Positions 12,949 through 24,554 of a stretch of 64,000 nt of DNA are shown piece after piece. Position 1 is the stretch's first letter, and every line of letters begins with the position of its first letter. The DNA is from the human T2T-CHM13v2.0 reference genome, Homo sapiens. Under the pieces are notes generated by a model. It searched no databases and was not told the DNA's origin. It saw nothing but the letters and a program-made list of their open reading frames with translations. Location: positions 7,264,001-7,328,000 of the forward strand of contig CP086569.2 in assembly GCA_009914755.4 (NCBI GenBank), written 5' to 3'. Position numbers and translations under genes: made by a program.

Positions 12949-13195
12949 CTGAATTGAATATCATAGATCAATATGATCTAGCTGCCTCTGAGAGATGGCT
13001 AGCTCCATTTCCTCAATTTCTCTTGTTGCTGCAGGGATTAAATATCTGGAAGAATCAAGAGCTGGATTGCCTTTTAAGATAGAAAAAAGGTTTTGTAGTT
13101 TATTAGTAAGAATTCCTAAAATGGGATGGAGCCAGGTAATATCACCCAGTAATTTCTGATAATTACTTAATGTGTGTAATTTGCTAGTATTTAGT

Positions 13196-13955
13196 TTAAC
13201 CTTTTGAGGTCTTACTGACTGGGAGGTTAACAGATATCCAATTTATTTCCAAGGAGAGAGCATTGGACATTTGTACTTTTCCAGGTGCAATGACTAAACT
13301 TCTCAGCTGTGCATTCTTTATGACAGAAGTAAACAAATTTAAAAGTGTTGGCCCATTTGGAGCTACTAGTAGAATATCATCCATAGGATGAATAATTTTA
13401 TAGTCAGGAAATTCTTTTCTACTAGAGAGCAAAGATTGATTTACATGAAACTGACACATGGTAGGACTATTTAGCATCCTTTGAGGAAGCATTTTCTAAT
13501 AAAATTGACAAGCTGGATTTTCATTATTGATAGCTGGTTTTGTAAATGGAAATTTTTCTCTCTCCTGTTCTGTTTTACTGGCTTATTGGACACAGGGGTG
13601 GACATCGGATAAATGGTATAGAAGCAATCTTTTAAGTCAATAACAATTATAGGTCAATCTTGAGGGATTGCTGCTGGGGAGGGGAGGCCCTTTGAAGGAG
13701 TCCCAGGGGCTGTAAATTAGCATTAATAGCACATCAGTCATGTAAAAGCCTCCATTTCACAGACTTTTTGGCAATGATGAAAATAGGCAAATTCCTGGGG
13801 CTGGTAGAATGTTCAAGATGTCCAGCCTTTAACTGCTCCTCAACTAACACATGAATCCTCTGTAGTTTCTCTACCTTCAGAGGCCACTCTTCTAAGCAGA
13901 CCGGATCTTGAGAGAGCCAAGTCAGAGGTAGCGGAGGAATAACCACAGTGGTCAT
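13196..13955 (-). pseudogene. pol reverse transcriptase remnant
   Basis: The N-terminal part reads [67 protein letters not shown], compared with HERV-K [53 protein letters not shown]. Downstream it reads MLPQRMLNSPTMCQ...DYKIIHPMDDILLVAPNG, which carries the LPQG.NSPT and YxDD motifs. Confidence 0.85.
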
Positions 13956-14034
13956 TGTTAGAAAGGGGTTTGCAGTGTGCCCCGCCCCCCAACAATTGCG
14001 CTAATAATTCCCATCCCCAGAGATTAACAGGGAT

Positions 14035-14675
14035 AGGTGTAGTGCCTAACCTTGTTTTTACTCTAATGCGTTACTTTTAAATTTTCCTTGCTTGTCTCCT
14101 TAGTTACCCAGCCTTGTTTTTCCCATACAAGTAAGACTTCCTCTTGTCTGGGAAAGCCAGACAAACTCCATGTGGCTTCCTGATTTACCAGACATTAAGG
14201 GGTCCTTACCCAACCCCTTCCTCAAGGAGTTAACCTGTGTAAGCAGATCCTCAGCATATGGAAGGAGCCCAATTAACTGATAAGGTACTGAAACAAACAA
14301 TGTAAGAAGTTCCCAGGATTTTACTCAAAGAAATAACAACATAAAGCCTTGAGACCATGCCTGGCATAACATCTATATCTAACTCTAATGAAGGATTTAG
14401 AGCCCCACACCTGGTTACACTGCTTTTTTTGTAACCATTTGTCTTTTAAATTGTTTGTCTCTCTGTAACCATTTGTTTCTTTGATTCTTGCATGTTTTTA
14501 CTTCTGTAGAATTATTGCATTTGAGTTCCCCTCCCCTTCCTAAACCAAAGTATAAAAGTTAATCAAGCCCATTCCTCGGGGCTGAGAGAATTTTGAGCAT
14601 TAGCCATCTCTTTGGCCGCTGGCTTAAATAATTCATCTCAAAGTGCGGCGTTTTCTCTCACTCATCTGGGTATAA
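14035..14675 (+). mobile_element. Unclassified LTR (about 640 bp, TG...CA), copy 1. It is inserted in opposite orientation between the protease and RT regions of the provirus.
   Basis: Starts tgtagtgcctaaccttgtttttactc. It contains a TATA box ccaaagtataaaagttaatcaagcc and a poly(A)-signal-like gctggcttaaataattc, and ends tctgggtataaCA. It aligns along its length to the reverse complement of 18320-18966. Confidence 0.6.
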
Positions 14676-15027
14676 CAATGGGCGTGATCAGAGGTTGTAT
14701 AACTGCCTTTCTTCCTTCTGAATCATAGCATGTTCAGGGGTGTGTGCTCTGTTTGGCTGTGTGTGCTTCCCCGATGCTGACAATTTTCTATTTCTCAGTG
14801 ATCCAAGTCCAAATTTCTGGCCAGTTCTGATCACTAATGACTGAAATGTCAACCCCTGTGTCCAATAAGCCAGTAAAATTATTATTACCAAGTTTTAAGG
14901 TAATCATGGGTCTCCGATCAGTGATTAATTGATTCCAATATATTCCTGTAGCTCCTGTGCTTCCAAAACTTCCCTTTCCCCTTTCCTTCCCATGGGTATT
15001 AGGGTCTCACTATGGTAAAGTCTTTCA

Positions 15028-15246
15028 CTAAGCTATTTTTGATCCAGGGGGAAGAATATGCAGACCTTTATATTCCATTATAACCAATATCTGATCTTGG
15101 TCATCACTATCAATTACCCCAGAGAGCATATTAATTCCTTTACTGGATAGGCTAGGCTGCCCAAGGACTAATCCTGCTGTTCCTAGAGGCAGCGGGCCAC
15201 AGATCCCAGTCTCAACCATTTTAGGGCTTTCTCCCTCTTTTAGCAC
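15028..15246 (-). pseudogene. Retroviral dUTPase remnant (pro ORF, typical of HERV-K/betaretroviruses)
   Basis: LVLGQPSLSSKGINMLSGVIDSDDQDQILVIMEY, compared with dUTPase motif 3 (RSGLAAK...GVIDxDYRG). Confidence 0.6.
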
Positions 15247-15455
15247 TAATTTGGCAGGGCAGAGAAAGTCCAGTCATGCACTCCCAGTAGTGGCTGCTCT
15301 AAGAGAGAGAACTGTGGGCTTTCCAGCTGACCAAGGAAAGCTGTCGGCATTGTCCCAGTTGGGATCAGGGCTTGGGGCTGGCCCCTCATGAAGTTTCTCG
15401 ACTGATTTCCTATGAGATTGCCATTTTTATCAAATTTAGACCTGCATTGATTTGC

Positions 15456-15668
15456 CTAATGTTTCCATTTCCTACATTCGGAACATATAGAAGAGGGTTC
15501 TTTCCCTGAGTTAGCTCGGTTATCACTAGGGGGGCATTGCCTCTTCACATGACCTTTCACTCCACATAGAAAACAATTTTGGTTTCTCTCCCTTTTCACT
15601 TTCGGAGGGCTTAATGACATAGCTAATATTCTGGCCTTGTTTGTCTCAGTTCCTACCAGGTGAGGCAC
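15456..15668 (-). pseudogene. gag nucleocapsid remnant with a CCHC zinc knuckle
   Basis: KVKRERNQNCFLCGVKGHVKRQCP (C-X2-C-X4-H-X4-C). Confidence 0.8.
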
Positions 15669-16600
15669 TTATATGAGCTCCTGGATGGTGCTTGCCTTTC
15701 CTTTGATTGCCTGCCATTGCCTGCTGGCAATCCACATTAGCGTTTTCAAAAGCCAGTTGCAGCAATAAGATAGGAGTGGCCTGGGTGTGACTAATTTGCC
15801 TCTTAATTGCCTGAGTTAACGGATCCATAAACTCAACAAATGGCTCCTAAGTCCCTTGTCAAACATTTACAAAAGACCTCTGCTGAACTCTGGTCTTGGG
15901 AATTTGGTCCCAAGCTCTGAGAGCACACAGACACTTCAGCAAAGGCCTGGGGATCAAAATTTAGTTGTTTTTATACATCAGCATGAGGACACCTCCCTTG
16001 GAGCTTATCAGCTGTTATATTTTGCCCGGCTGCCTGATTCTGGTTGGCTTGTTGTTTGCACAAGCCGTCCATATCCTGCCTTCCAGAGGAGGAATGGGCT
16101 AGGCTCCAGAGTTGCTTTAGCTAGCATTGACCAGTCCCATGGGCCCACACAGAATTGGTCTGCTAAGGCCCCAATCATTCCTTTTGTAAATGGTCTAGTG
16201 GCTCCATTTTCTTTAATGCTTTTTCTTCATTGTTTATAAGAGTGAAAGGAAATGGGTTCATGTACTTGATTACCATGTTGGTCTTGCATTACTGGACAGG
16301 CTAAGAGCTCTCCTTCTAATGCCACTTGTTTAAGACAAGGTCCCATAGCTGAAGTATGTTTCTTGCCTTTTTTTCTACTTACAGTAAGACGGGGCTCAGG
16401 CAAACCCTCCATTTACTCTTTGTTATTTTGGCCCGGTGATAGTGGGACTGAGGGAAAAGGAGGTGATAAGGCAGGTGATGTTTCTCCCTCCTTCTCATTT
16501 TTAGGCTCTTCTGTGTATAATGGGACTAAACCATCCTTAGTAAAGCCCGCCATGTTAAAGCTGATGCTGGGACCTGACGACCCTGTGCATAACATTGTTT
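15646..16600 (-). pseudogene. gag capsid/matrix region remnant (degenerate)
   Basis: Capsid-like LLLQLAFENANVDCQQAMAG and an in-frame MAGFTKDGLVPLYTEEPK at the gag start position, with multiple stops. Confidence 0.5.
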
Positions 16601-16898
16601 AAGATTTCTCCCTACTTGTTCCCAGAGTTCTACGTCTAGCATTCCTTCTTCTGGGAACCATGGATTATATGACCAAAGTTTATATTAATTTCATTAATTG
16701 AACCTGGGAAACTGAAGCCCCGCTAGCCGTAAGCAACTGTTTTAATACTTTTATATACTGTTTCTGAGGTGCTGATAACTGTTGTCTTATAATGAAAACT
16801 CAGCTTGAACCAACTTCCCCCAGAGCTTTGTGACCTCAAGTGCGGACCAATGACTTACTGATTACTCAGTGAGTTAACCATGCGGTTCCTTTCTTCAC

Positions 16899-17735
16899 CT
16901 TTTTTTTGGGAGTCCAAGTCTTTCTATTGTGAATAGTGCCACAATAAACATACATGTCTTTATCATAGAATGATTTATAATCCTTTGGTATATGCCCAGT
17001 AATGGGGTTGCTGGGTCAAATGATATTTCCAGTTCTAGATCTTTGAGGAATTGCCACACTGTCTTCGACAATGGTTGGACTAATTTACGCTTCCACTGAC
17101 GGCGTAAAAGCATTCCTATTTTTCCACAAGCTCTCCAGGATCTGTTGTTTCCTGACATTTTAATGATTGCCATTCTAACTGGAGAGAGATGATATCTCAT
17201 TGTGGATTGATTTGCATTTTTCTAGTGACCAGTGATAATGAGCATTTTTTCATATATCTGCTGGCTGCATAAATGTCTTCTTTTGAGTAGTGTCTGTTCA
17301 TATCCTTTGCCCACTTTTTGATGGGGTTATTTGTTTTATTCTTGTACATTGGTGTAAGTTCTTTGTAGATTCTGGATATCGGCCCTTTGTCAGATGAATA
17401 GATTGCAAAATTTTCTCCCATTCTGTAGGTTGGCTGTTCACTCCGATGACAGTTTCTTTGGCTGTGCAGTAGCTCTTTAGTTTAATTAGATCCCGTTTGT
17501 CAATTCTGTCTTTTGTTGCTGTTGCTTTCAGTGTTTTGGACATGAATTCTTTGCCCATGCCTTTGTCCTGAATAGTATTGCCCAGGTTTTCTTCTAGGAT
17601 TTTAAAGGTCCTAGTTGTAACATTTAAGTCTTTGATCTATCTTGAGTGGACTTTTGTAAGTGGTGCAAGGAAGAAGTCCAGTTTCAGTTTTCTGCATATG
17701 GCTAGCCAGTTTTCCCAAACCATTTTTGTACTTCT
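16899..17735 (-). mobile_element. L1 ORF2 internal fragment (antisense), lacking the L1 3'UTR and ending in a short A8 run. It is inserted in the provirus leader.
   Basis: cacctttttttt then gggagtccaagtctttctattgtgaatagtgccacaataaacatacatg...cccagtaatggggttgctgggtcaaatgatatttccag...gctagccagttttcccaaacc, which is L1 ORF2 in reverse. Confidence 0.85.
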
Positions 17736-18319
17736 TAAGAGTATATTTGAAAATTATTCCTCATGATTAAGATTTATGTCTTTTAGAAGGAGAAGCAAGC
17801 TAGTAGCATTTTAGATATAATATACACTGAGCTGTTTTCTTTTTTCACAGGAAGTGTCTTTATTCAAAATTTCCACTAGTTTTAAAATTGATCAATGTAA
17901 ACAAATTATAATTAAAAAAACTTTTCCTACAATTACAAAGTAGTATTTGCTAAACAAATTCTCCTTTAAAATGATTTGCATCAGGTAAACTTAATTTTGT
18001 CTAAACTAAAGGCTATAAAAACCTTGGAAGAAAATATTTAGTACCATGTAATTAAGGGAATTAGTATCACATTTTCAGGTACCCAACAATTACTACGTTT
18101 TTACAAACATGAAAGTAAAAGAAAACAACTATGACTCTTATTATATCACTACAGTCTGTGATTTTTCTTCTTTTTCTCATTTATTTATATTCATCATAGG
18201 TTTAATTGCATGCCTCTGCATTTCTCTGTATACCTCTGAAAGATTAATATATGGTTCTGCAATTATATATTTATTTTACCTTTGAAAAGGTATACAGCAT
18301 ATCATGATACATTTTCCAT

Positions 18320-18966
18320 TAGTGTTGTACCCAAGCGAGTTAGAGGAATGTCACACTTTGAAATGAATTTAAGGGTCCTTTATTTAGCCGGCAGCCGAGA
18401 GGCGGATAACGCTCAGAATTCTCTCGGCCCCGAGGAAGGGGCTTGATTTTCCTTTATACCTTGGTTTAGGAAGGGGAAGGGGGCTCAGTTGCAACAATTC
18501 TACAGAAGTAAAAACATGCAAAAAATTAAAAAGACAAATGGTTACAGAGAAATAAACAGTTCCAGGTGCAGGGGCTCTAAATATATTATAAGATGTCAGG
18601 TATGGTGGCTCTGCTGAACACAAACTCAAGGCTTTATGGTGTTATCTCTTGAGTGAAATCCTGGGAACTTTGTACATTGCTTGCTTCAGTACCTTGCTTT
18701 GTGCATTGCTTGCTTCAGTTAATTGGACTCTTTGATGCGTAGACAATCAGCTTACACAAGTTAACTCCTTGAGGAAAGGGGGTGGGTAAGGAGTCCTTGA
18801 TATCTTGTAAATGAAGGAGCCAAATGGAGTTCGTCTGGCTTTCATAGCTAAGGGAGAGCATATTCACATGGAAACAAGGCTAGGTGATTAAGGGAGAAAG
18901 GGAGAGTCTAAAAACAAGGTTAGTAAAAGCAAGGTTAGTAAAAACAAGTTTAGGTATTGCATTAGT
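18320..18966 (-). mobile_element. Unclassified LTR, copy 2 (same family as 14035-14675, inverted relative to it), probably a solo LTR
   Basis: The reverse complement aligns to copy 1 (ttatttagccggcagccgagaggcggataacgctcagaattctctcggccccgaggaaggggcttgatt vs rc ttatttaagccagcggccaaagagatggctaatgctcaaaattctctcagccccgaggaatgggcttgatt). It has a candidate 4-bp TSD ctaa (...ggtatactaa|LTR|ctaatgg). Confidence 0.6.
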
Positions 18967-20891
18967 ATACCTATCTCAGAATGCACATAACTTTAGAACC
19001 TATAAAACTTCTGCATGGGTTAGAAACTAGGCAATGTTAAGCAGTATTTATTTACAAAACATGTCTAATTTATAATGGGAATAGGATGAGAAAAGATGCT
19101 TTCTTTTTGGTTTGACAACATTATGGGCTCTGAGGGTTACTCAGAGAAGACAGATTTCATCTTAGAAGTGGGTATTTGCTTACTAGGGTTGAAAGCGTTA
19201 TGGTGGTGGCATGCTCCCAGATTACCACTTGAGATGCATCGCTGGTTGATCTACAGAGCAGCTTTGATGCGGTTTTACCCAGCCAGATTCCTGCTATCCT
19301 GGCTGCAAGGTTTGTTTTCTTTTGCTTGTAGTCAGAGGGGAAGTGATGCTTGATTTTCTACTTGCCTCTGAACTTTAGAGCTTAATTTTGCTCCAGGAAA
19401 GAGGAGAATTTCTTAAATCTGAAGTGTTTCACTTAGCTTTATGAAAGTAGGAAAAAATAAAATAAAACAAAATAAAAACAATCCTTGCTGGTTTCTTATT
19501 CATATTCCATCTATTAACTGCTGGATTGAAACTCTTTTTAAAAATTTTTTGATGACTTCTGAATCAAAGTAACAATGCAGGCAAAGCTCCCACACCTGGA
19601 AACTAAGAAAGGACTTGCACAAAAGAAAGTAAGACAGAAAGAGAAAATATGAAGGTTCTGAGGTTACCATGAAATTGATTCTAAGTTCCTTTGCCTGAGA
19701 GTCGAATCCTTTCTACAATTGGTTGGAGTTCCATTCTCCTTTCAGGGCTCAGCTCGTGTTACACTTTCTCTCCAATCTCTTGTAGCTTTTCCTTACATTA
19801 CTTTATTTTCTCTGGCATGAAGAAACGGTGCAGAGGAAAATACAATATTGAGTAGATTTTGCAGTGAAATATTTTAATTGCAGAATGGTATGGAAAACAA
19901 TGGATGCTAGGATAAAAATTGTGTGTGTAAGCTTATTGAGAAATTTGAATGAATGTCAGTTTCAGGAGAGTTTAGACTTGAAAGTGTCGTTAAACGTATG
20001 CTTTCATATCATGCTTGTGTTTGACATAAAAATGCGTAATATTTTTTATGTCAGAGAAGGTAGTTTTCATATATTGTGCATCAACCTATGGATCTCCAAT
20101 TTCCAAATGTGCAGTACATGCTCAACAAACTGTGGAACAGAATGATGAATGAGTAACATTAACCGAACTCTTTAGAAAATTGGCATACTAAAGTTCATAC
20201 TAAAACATGAATGCATTCTCTTTATTCAAGTAATTAATTTCTAATAATCCCATTCATCTTAGATACAAAACTTAATTAGCTTAGTAATAAAATTACTGAT
20301 GATAGCATATTATTTTACTAAATATATGCTTTAGAATGTACTAACAGTTTCTGTCCAAGTTTATCCTTATGGAAACCATAGTAGTAAAAGCATTCTTATG
20401 TCCAGCTTTCTTTTTATCAGGTTCTAAAGAGAGGACATATTAATAGTACACATGTAAACAGTAGCTGACTGAATTTTTAAAAGATTAAATAAAGAAGCAC
20501 TAAGACAAGTATTAAAATTTTATAAACAATTATTGCTTATCCTTCATTAGACAGCAACAACATTGGTAAGTTAACAGGCAGCATTTTTACCAGTTCAGAG
20601 GGTGTCTGAGTACTCAGTGGGATTTATTATGTGAAACAATACTCACATAAACCTGAAGAAAGTGTACTTATTTTATATACATAAAAGGTAGCAGGTAACC
20701 TACTTAGAGATTACTTGAAATTTCTACTTGGATGGGCCCTTTCATCTCTGTGAGAATGTAGAGCAGGTCAAGTTCTCCTGGGAGGCTGTGGTAGTAGTCT
20801 TTTGTGCAGATTGTTTTGTGTTTTTAGAATTTTTAGTTTCTCAGGTCGCTGATATGGCTCAGTCATTATATTTTCTCTGGAGTGGTTGGTC

Positions 20892-21373
20892 TGGAGCAGA
20901 CATTCCCAAACTTCCTGGTACCAGGGACTGGTTTCATGGAAGACAATTTTTCCACAGATCATGGGTGGGGAGGTGATGGTTTTGGGATGATTCAAGAACA
21001 TTACATTTATTCTGTACCGGTATTTCTATTATTACAACTCTGCAATATATAATTAAATAATTATATAACTCACCATAATGTAGAATCAGTGGGAGGCCTG
21101 AACTTGCTTTCTGTCCCAGGGTGATGGCAGACAGTGACAGATCATCAGGCATTAGATAATCATAAGAGTGCACAATCTAGATCCCTCGCATAGACAGTTC
21201 ACCACGGGGTATGATAATCTAATGTCACTTCTGATCTGACAGGAGGTGGGGCTAAGGCAGTAATGCAAGCAATGAGGAGTGGCTGTAAATACGGATGAAG
21301 CTTTGCTGGCCTGCCAGCCACTCACCTCTTGCTGTGCAGCCAGTTCCTAACAGATCATGCACTGGTACCTGAA
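20892..21373. mobile_element. hAT-type MITE (MER1-like) carrying an internal AT-rich insertion
   Basis: cctggtaccagggactggtttcatggaagacaatttttccacagatcatgggtggggaggtgatggttttgggatga...cagatcatcaggcattagataatcataagagtgcacaatctagatccctcgcat...tctgatctgacaggaggtggggctaaggcagtaatgc...gcactggtacctg. This matches the palindromic MER1 consensus as recalled. Confidence 0.5.
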
Positions 21374-21791
21374 TGAGTGTTTAGAATCATCAACGTCTTT
21401 AAAGTGGTTAGCATATCCAGAACAAACAGTAGTGTCCAGGTAAGAAAGGCCTACCTATGGGGAGTGATTAGTCACTCCTGTAGAGTCAGTCTATTAAGGC
21501 TGATTGACATATCTTACAGTTTTTATCAAGACAGTGCTTGGTGAATAAATATGCAATAAATGATAACCATATATTCAAAATTAGTGTTTCCCGCATGTTT
21601 CAGCTGGGTTTGTTTTTAGGTGATCATATTGTTTCTTCATGGACTAGTCATAAGAATACTCAGTTGAATGCTCAGTTGAACCTTGGAGGAAACATGCATC
21701 ACTGTTTACACAGCAAAAATAACTGAAGTAAATTGTTTGTTTAGAGTCTCCTGGCTCTGCTAAAGTCACCAGAATAATCACCGCTTAAAAG

Positions 21792-22050
21792 TTACCAAAC
21801 ACTGCATGTTCTCACTCATAGGTGGGAATTGAACAATGAGAACACATGGAAACAGGAAGCGGAACATCACACACCAGGGCCTGTTGTGGGGTGGGGGGAG
21901 GGGGGAGGGATAGCATTAGGAGACACACGTAATGTTAAATGATGAGTTAATGGGTGCAGCACGCCAACATGGCACATGTATACATATGTAACTAACCTGC
22001 ACATTGTGCACATGTACCCTAGTACTTAAAGTATAATAAAAAAAGAAAAG
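21792..22050 (+). mobile_element. L1 3'-terminal fragment (sense), about 260 bp
   Basis: ccaaacactgcatgttctcactcataggtgggaattgaacaatgagaacacatgg...gggagggatagcattaggag...atgtatacatatgtaactaacctgcacattgtgcacatgtaccctagtacttaaagtataataaaaaaa. Confidence 0.85.
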
Positions 22051-22983
22051 TTTATCATAGATAGTACATATTTGAATCTATGCATATTTATGAACTATGA
22101 AAATGACTGCCATGTTCATAACAATGGTAATATAAAACAGTTTATGGGCACTTACTGGAAATCAAATGTCAAAGACTCAGAGACTAAGTCATTTAGAAAA
22201 GAAAATAAATTCATTTGCAGAAAATTATTAATTGGAGTACAGGTTTTAACAGAACTTGCTGTAAAATTAAAAAAAAATGATTAGATATTTAATTTATCAA
22301 AGCTGTAATGTTCATGATGGACAATTAATAACTTCTTTGAATTATTGTCAAATTAGATGATATTCTCCCATTTTTATATATCAACATTTCAAAGGCCAAG
22401 ATAAAATTATTTTTGTTAGGGAGTCAGTAACTTACAGAAAAGCTCAAGATTTGATTTAATTTTTGGAACCAGACAGAATGAGTCTGTTTTACTTGTTGTT
22501 GTTGTTGTCATTGTGGTTTACCTTAGGGAAAATGAAGCATTTAAAAATGTTTTCCTTGTGTGGAATATGATGTAAACCCTCATTCCTTTAATGGAGCAGG
22601 GCAAGGTGATACAGTATTTCCTTATAGACACTGTGCAAGGCACTCTATTCACTTATGTCTAACAACAAGCCCATGATGATCACAGGGCACTGCTTACTCA
22701 CTGAATTTTACAGTTACACTAGAGGTGGAGTTAAACCTGCATTGGTAATACATTAGGCTTAGTAAATAATTTAGTGAGCCCCTTGAGAATGATCTAAGAT
22801 ATGAGCACCTAATTGTACCAAATGTATGGTCAATATTATTTCCTGTTAGAGACTCATGATGAGATTACAGAGAAATTAGAAACTAATTAAACATATAGAA
22901 CCAAAGTTTTCATTCCCTAGTTCAAGCTCATCAGTACATTTTACTTTCTTTCAGATGCAGACATAATTTATTGTTTTTGAAGA

Positions 22984-23117
22984 ATCTCTTTATCTCTTTA
23001 TCTCTCTCTGTTTCTCTCTCTCTCTCTCTGTTTCCCTCTGTTTCTTTGTTTCCCTCTCTCTGTTTCTCTATTTGCTTCTCTCTGTATGTTTCTCTCTCTC
23101 ACTCTCTCTCTCTCTCC
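22984..23117. repeat. CT-rich simple repeat, (CT)n/(TCTCTG)n
   Basis: tctctttatctctctctgtttctctctctctctctctgtttccctctg... Confidence 0.9.
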
Positions 23118-23534
23118 TGCTTTATATTATATGCTAGCAAAGGATTAGGCAAGGATAGATGTTCTCTAAAGACAGATATTGCCTGTTTGAAAAGCTAAGG
23201 ACAGGCCAACCAAAAAATAAAGAAACTAACACTGATTTTTTTAAAAAGCCATACGTAGCGTCAGTGATGAGGACCTCTCATTTTTGTTATTACTGCTGTT
23301 TCATTCAAGAAACTGAAAACTAGGACAAGATTTGTTCCCACATACACAGGTAAGAGCAGCTCAGCCACAATAAAGAGATGTCTCACTGATTTGAGTGAAA
23401 AATGCAGGACCCCATTTACATGGAAATATAGTATTTTAAAATAAAAAAAGCTGAAGTTTTAAGCATTCCAATTCACAATGTAAATTTTGTCTTTTTTATG
23501 TAAAATGAGATAATGTAAGTAAGACACTTCTGTT

Positions 23535-23672
23535 GTAATTGTTATTGCTATTGAGGTTATCATCCCTGTTCTTGTTAATATTACTTACTTTTAATTTTCT
23601 GTTTTAATTGTTATTGCTACTGAGGTTATCATCACTGTTCTTGTTAATATTACTTACTTTGAATTTTCCTGT
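23535..23672. repeat. Tandem duplication, 2 copies of a 68-69 bp unit
   Basis: gtaattgttattgctattgaggttatcatccctgttcttgttaatattacttacttttaattttctgtt is followed immediately by ttaattgttattgctactgaggttatcatcactgttcttgttaatattacttactttgaattttcctgt. Confidence 0.8.
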
Positions 23673-24508
23673 ATAGGCCTTAATCTAACACTTTCTGTAC
23701 CAATGCTTGTTTGGCAAAACTATTTTTTTAGGTAAAGAGTATACAATTTAGTGTCTCAATAATGTTGCATAATTACCCATACCAAAACTTGGTGGTATTT
23801 TATAGTAAGCATGTATTTTTGCCTTTGTAACTGCAGAAAAAGAGGGATTTTTTACTCTTCTAAGCTTAGTTGGAATTGGTTTTGTCTCAGTCGATTCTAA
23901 TGTGTTCTCTTTAAACCTACAGCTAAGTTATTTTCTTCTTGTAAAGAAAAGCAGGAAAGCAAGACGGTAAGTTCAATTGCCAAACACATTTCAAGACCTT
24001 CCCTGTTTTTCATGTCTGGGCATCCCATTAACCCCTAACAGGAAGCAAAGGAACGGGAAACACAGTTCTGCCATGGAAATTATGAATATGTGCTAAGCAA
24101 CAGGACTATTAATTTTAAATAATAAGCTGTTAGGTGGTTTTTATTCCATGAACAATTAGATTGCAAGTGACTTGTACATGTTACCTTTCTACTAGAAATC
24201 CATACCCAGAAAGCTTTATCCATCACTCCTGATTTTAGAGGTGTTCAGTTGTCAGATTTTTTTCTCACTTCCACTGGCTGCATTGCTCCACTCTTCTAAC
24301 CATCCTCCTATTCATTTTAAAGTCAAAGTGAATTATGTCTTGCTTGTCAGAGTTTATTAATGTTGGATCCTGAAATTATAAAGATTGTTATGTATCTTTC
24401 CAATTCTTATGGTATTATTATTATGGGAAAATGTATACCCTTTTGAAAATAACTAATTTGAAATAATTTTGTAACATAATCCATTTTACAATAAGAAATC
24501 TCCTCTCT

Positions 24509-24511
<3 letters not shown>

Positions 24512-24552
<41 letters not shown>
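24512..24552. repeat. (AC)20 dinucleotide microsatellite
   Basis: Uninterrupted acacac... run of 41 nt. Confidence 0.95.

Positions 24553-24554
<2 letters not shown>

Larger units (their letters stand above)
7375..16895 (-). mobile_element. HERV-K superfamily (HML, class II betaretrovirus-like) provirus, degenerate, in the order gag-dUTPase/pro-pol-env-3'LTR on the minus strand, interrupted by nested insertions. The 5' LTR is not identifiable.
   Basis: Minus-strand ORF fragments carry diagnostic retroviral motifs in proviral order. These are the Gag zinc knuckle CFLCGVKGHVKRQCP, dUTPase GVIDSDDQDQILVIME, RT LPQRMLNSPTMCQ and HPMDDILLV, RNase H LFTEGSAKHGKVAVW, and IN core [27 protein letters not shown]. 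The Env SU/TM junction RHKR|FTFTLMVFTGSAIDIM...VQTTAFVDNLAKN is also present. The IN and RT motifs match the HERV-K pattern (LWQMDVTHV...GKLKYVHVTVDTYSH; LPQGMKNSPTLCQ...YMDDILL). Confidence 0.75.

Noticed and set aside
14670-14690. PBS-like 18-mer TGGGCGTGATCAGAGGTT immediately after the CA end of LTR copy 1
   Set aside because: The homologous LTR copy at 18320-18966 is followed by unrelated sequence, and downstream of copy 1 lies minus-strand protease sequence rather than a + strand proviral body. The PBS resemblance is most likely coincidental. The observation is kept within the inverted-LTR finding only.
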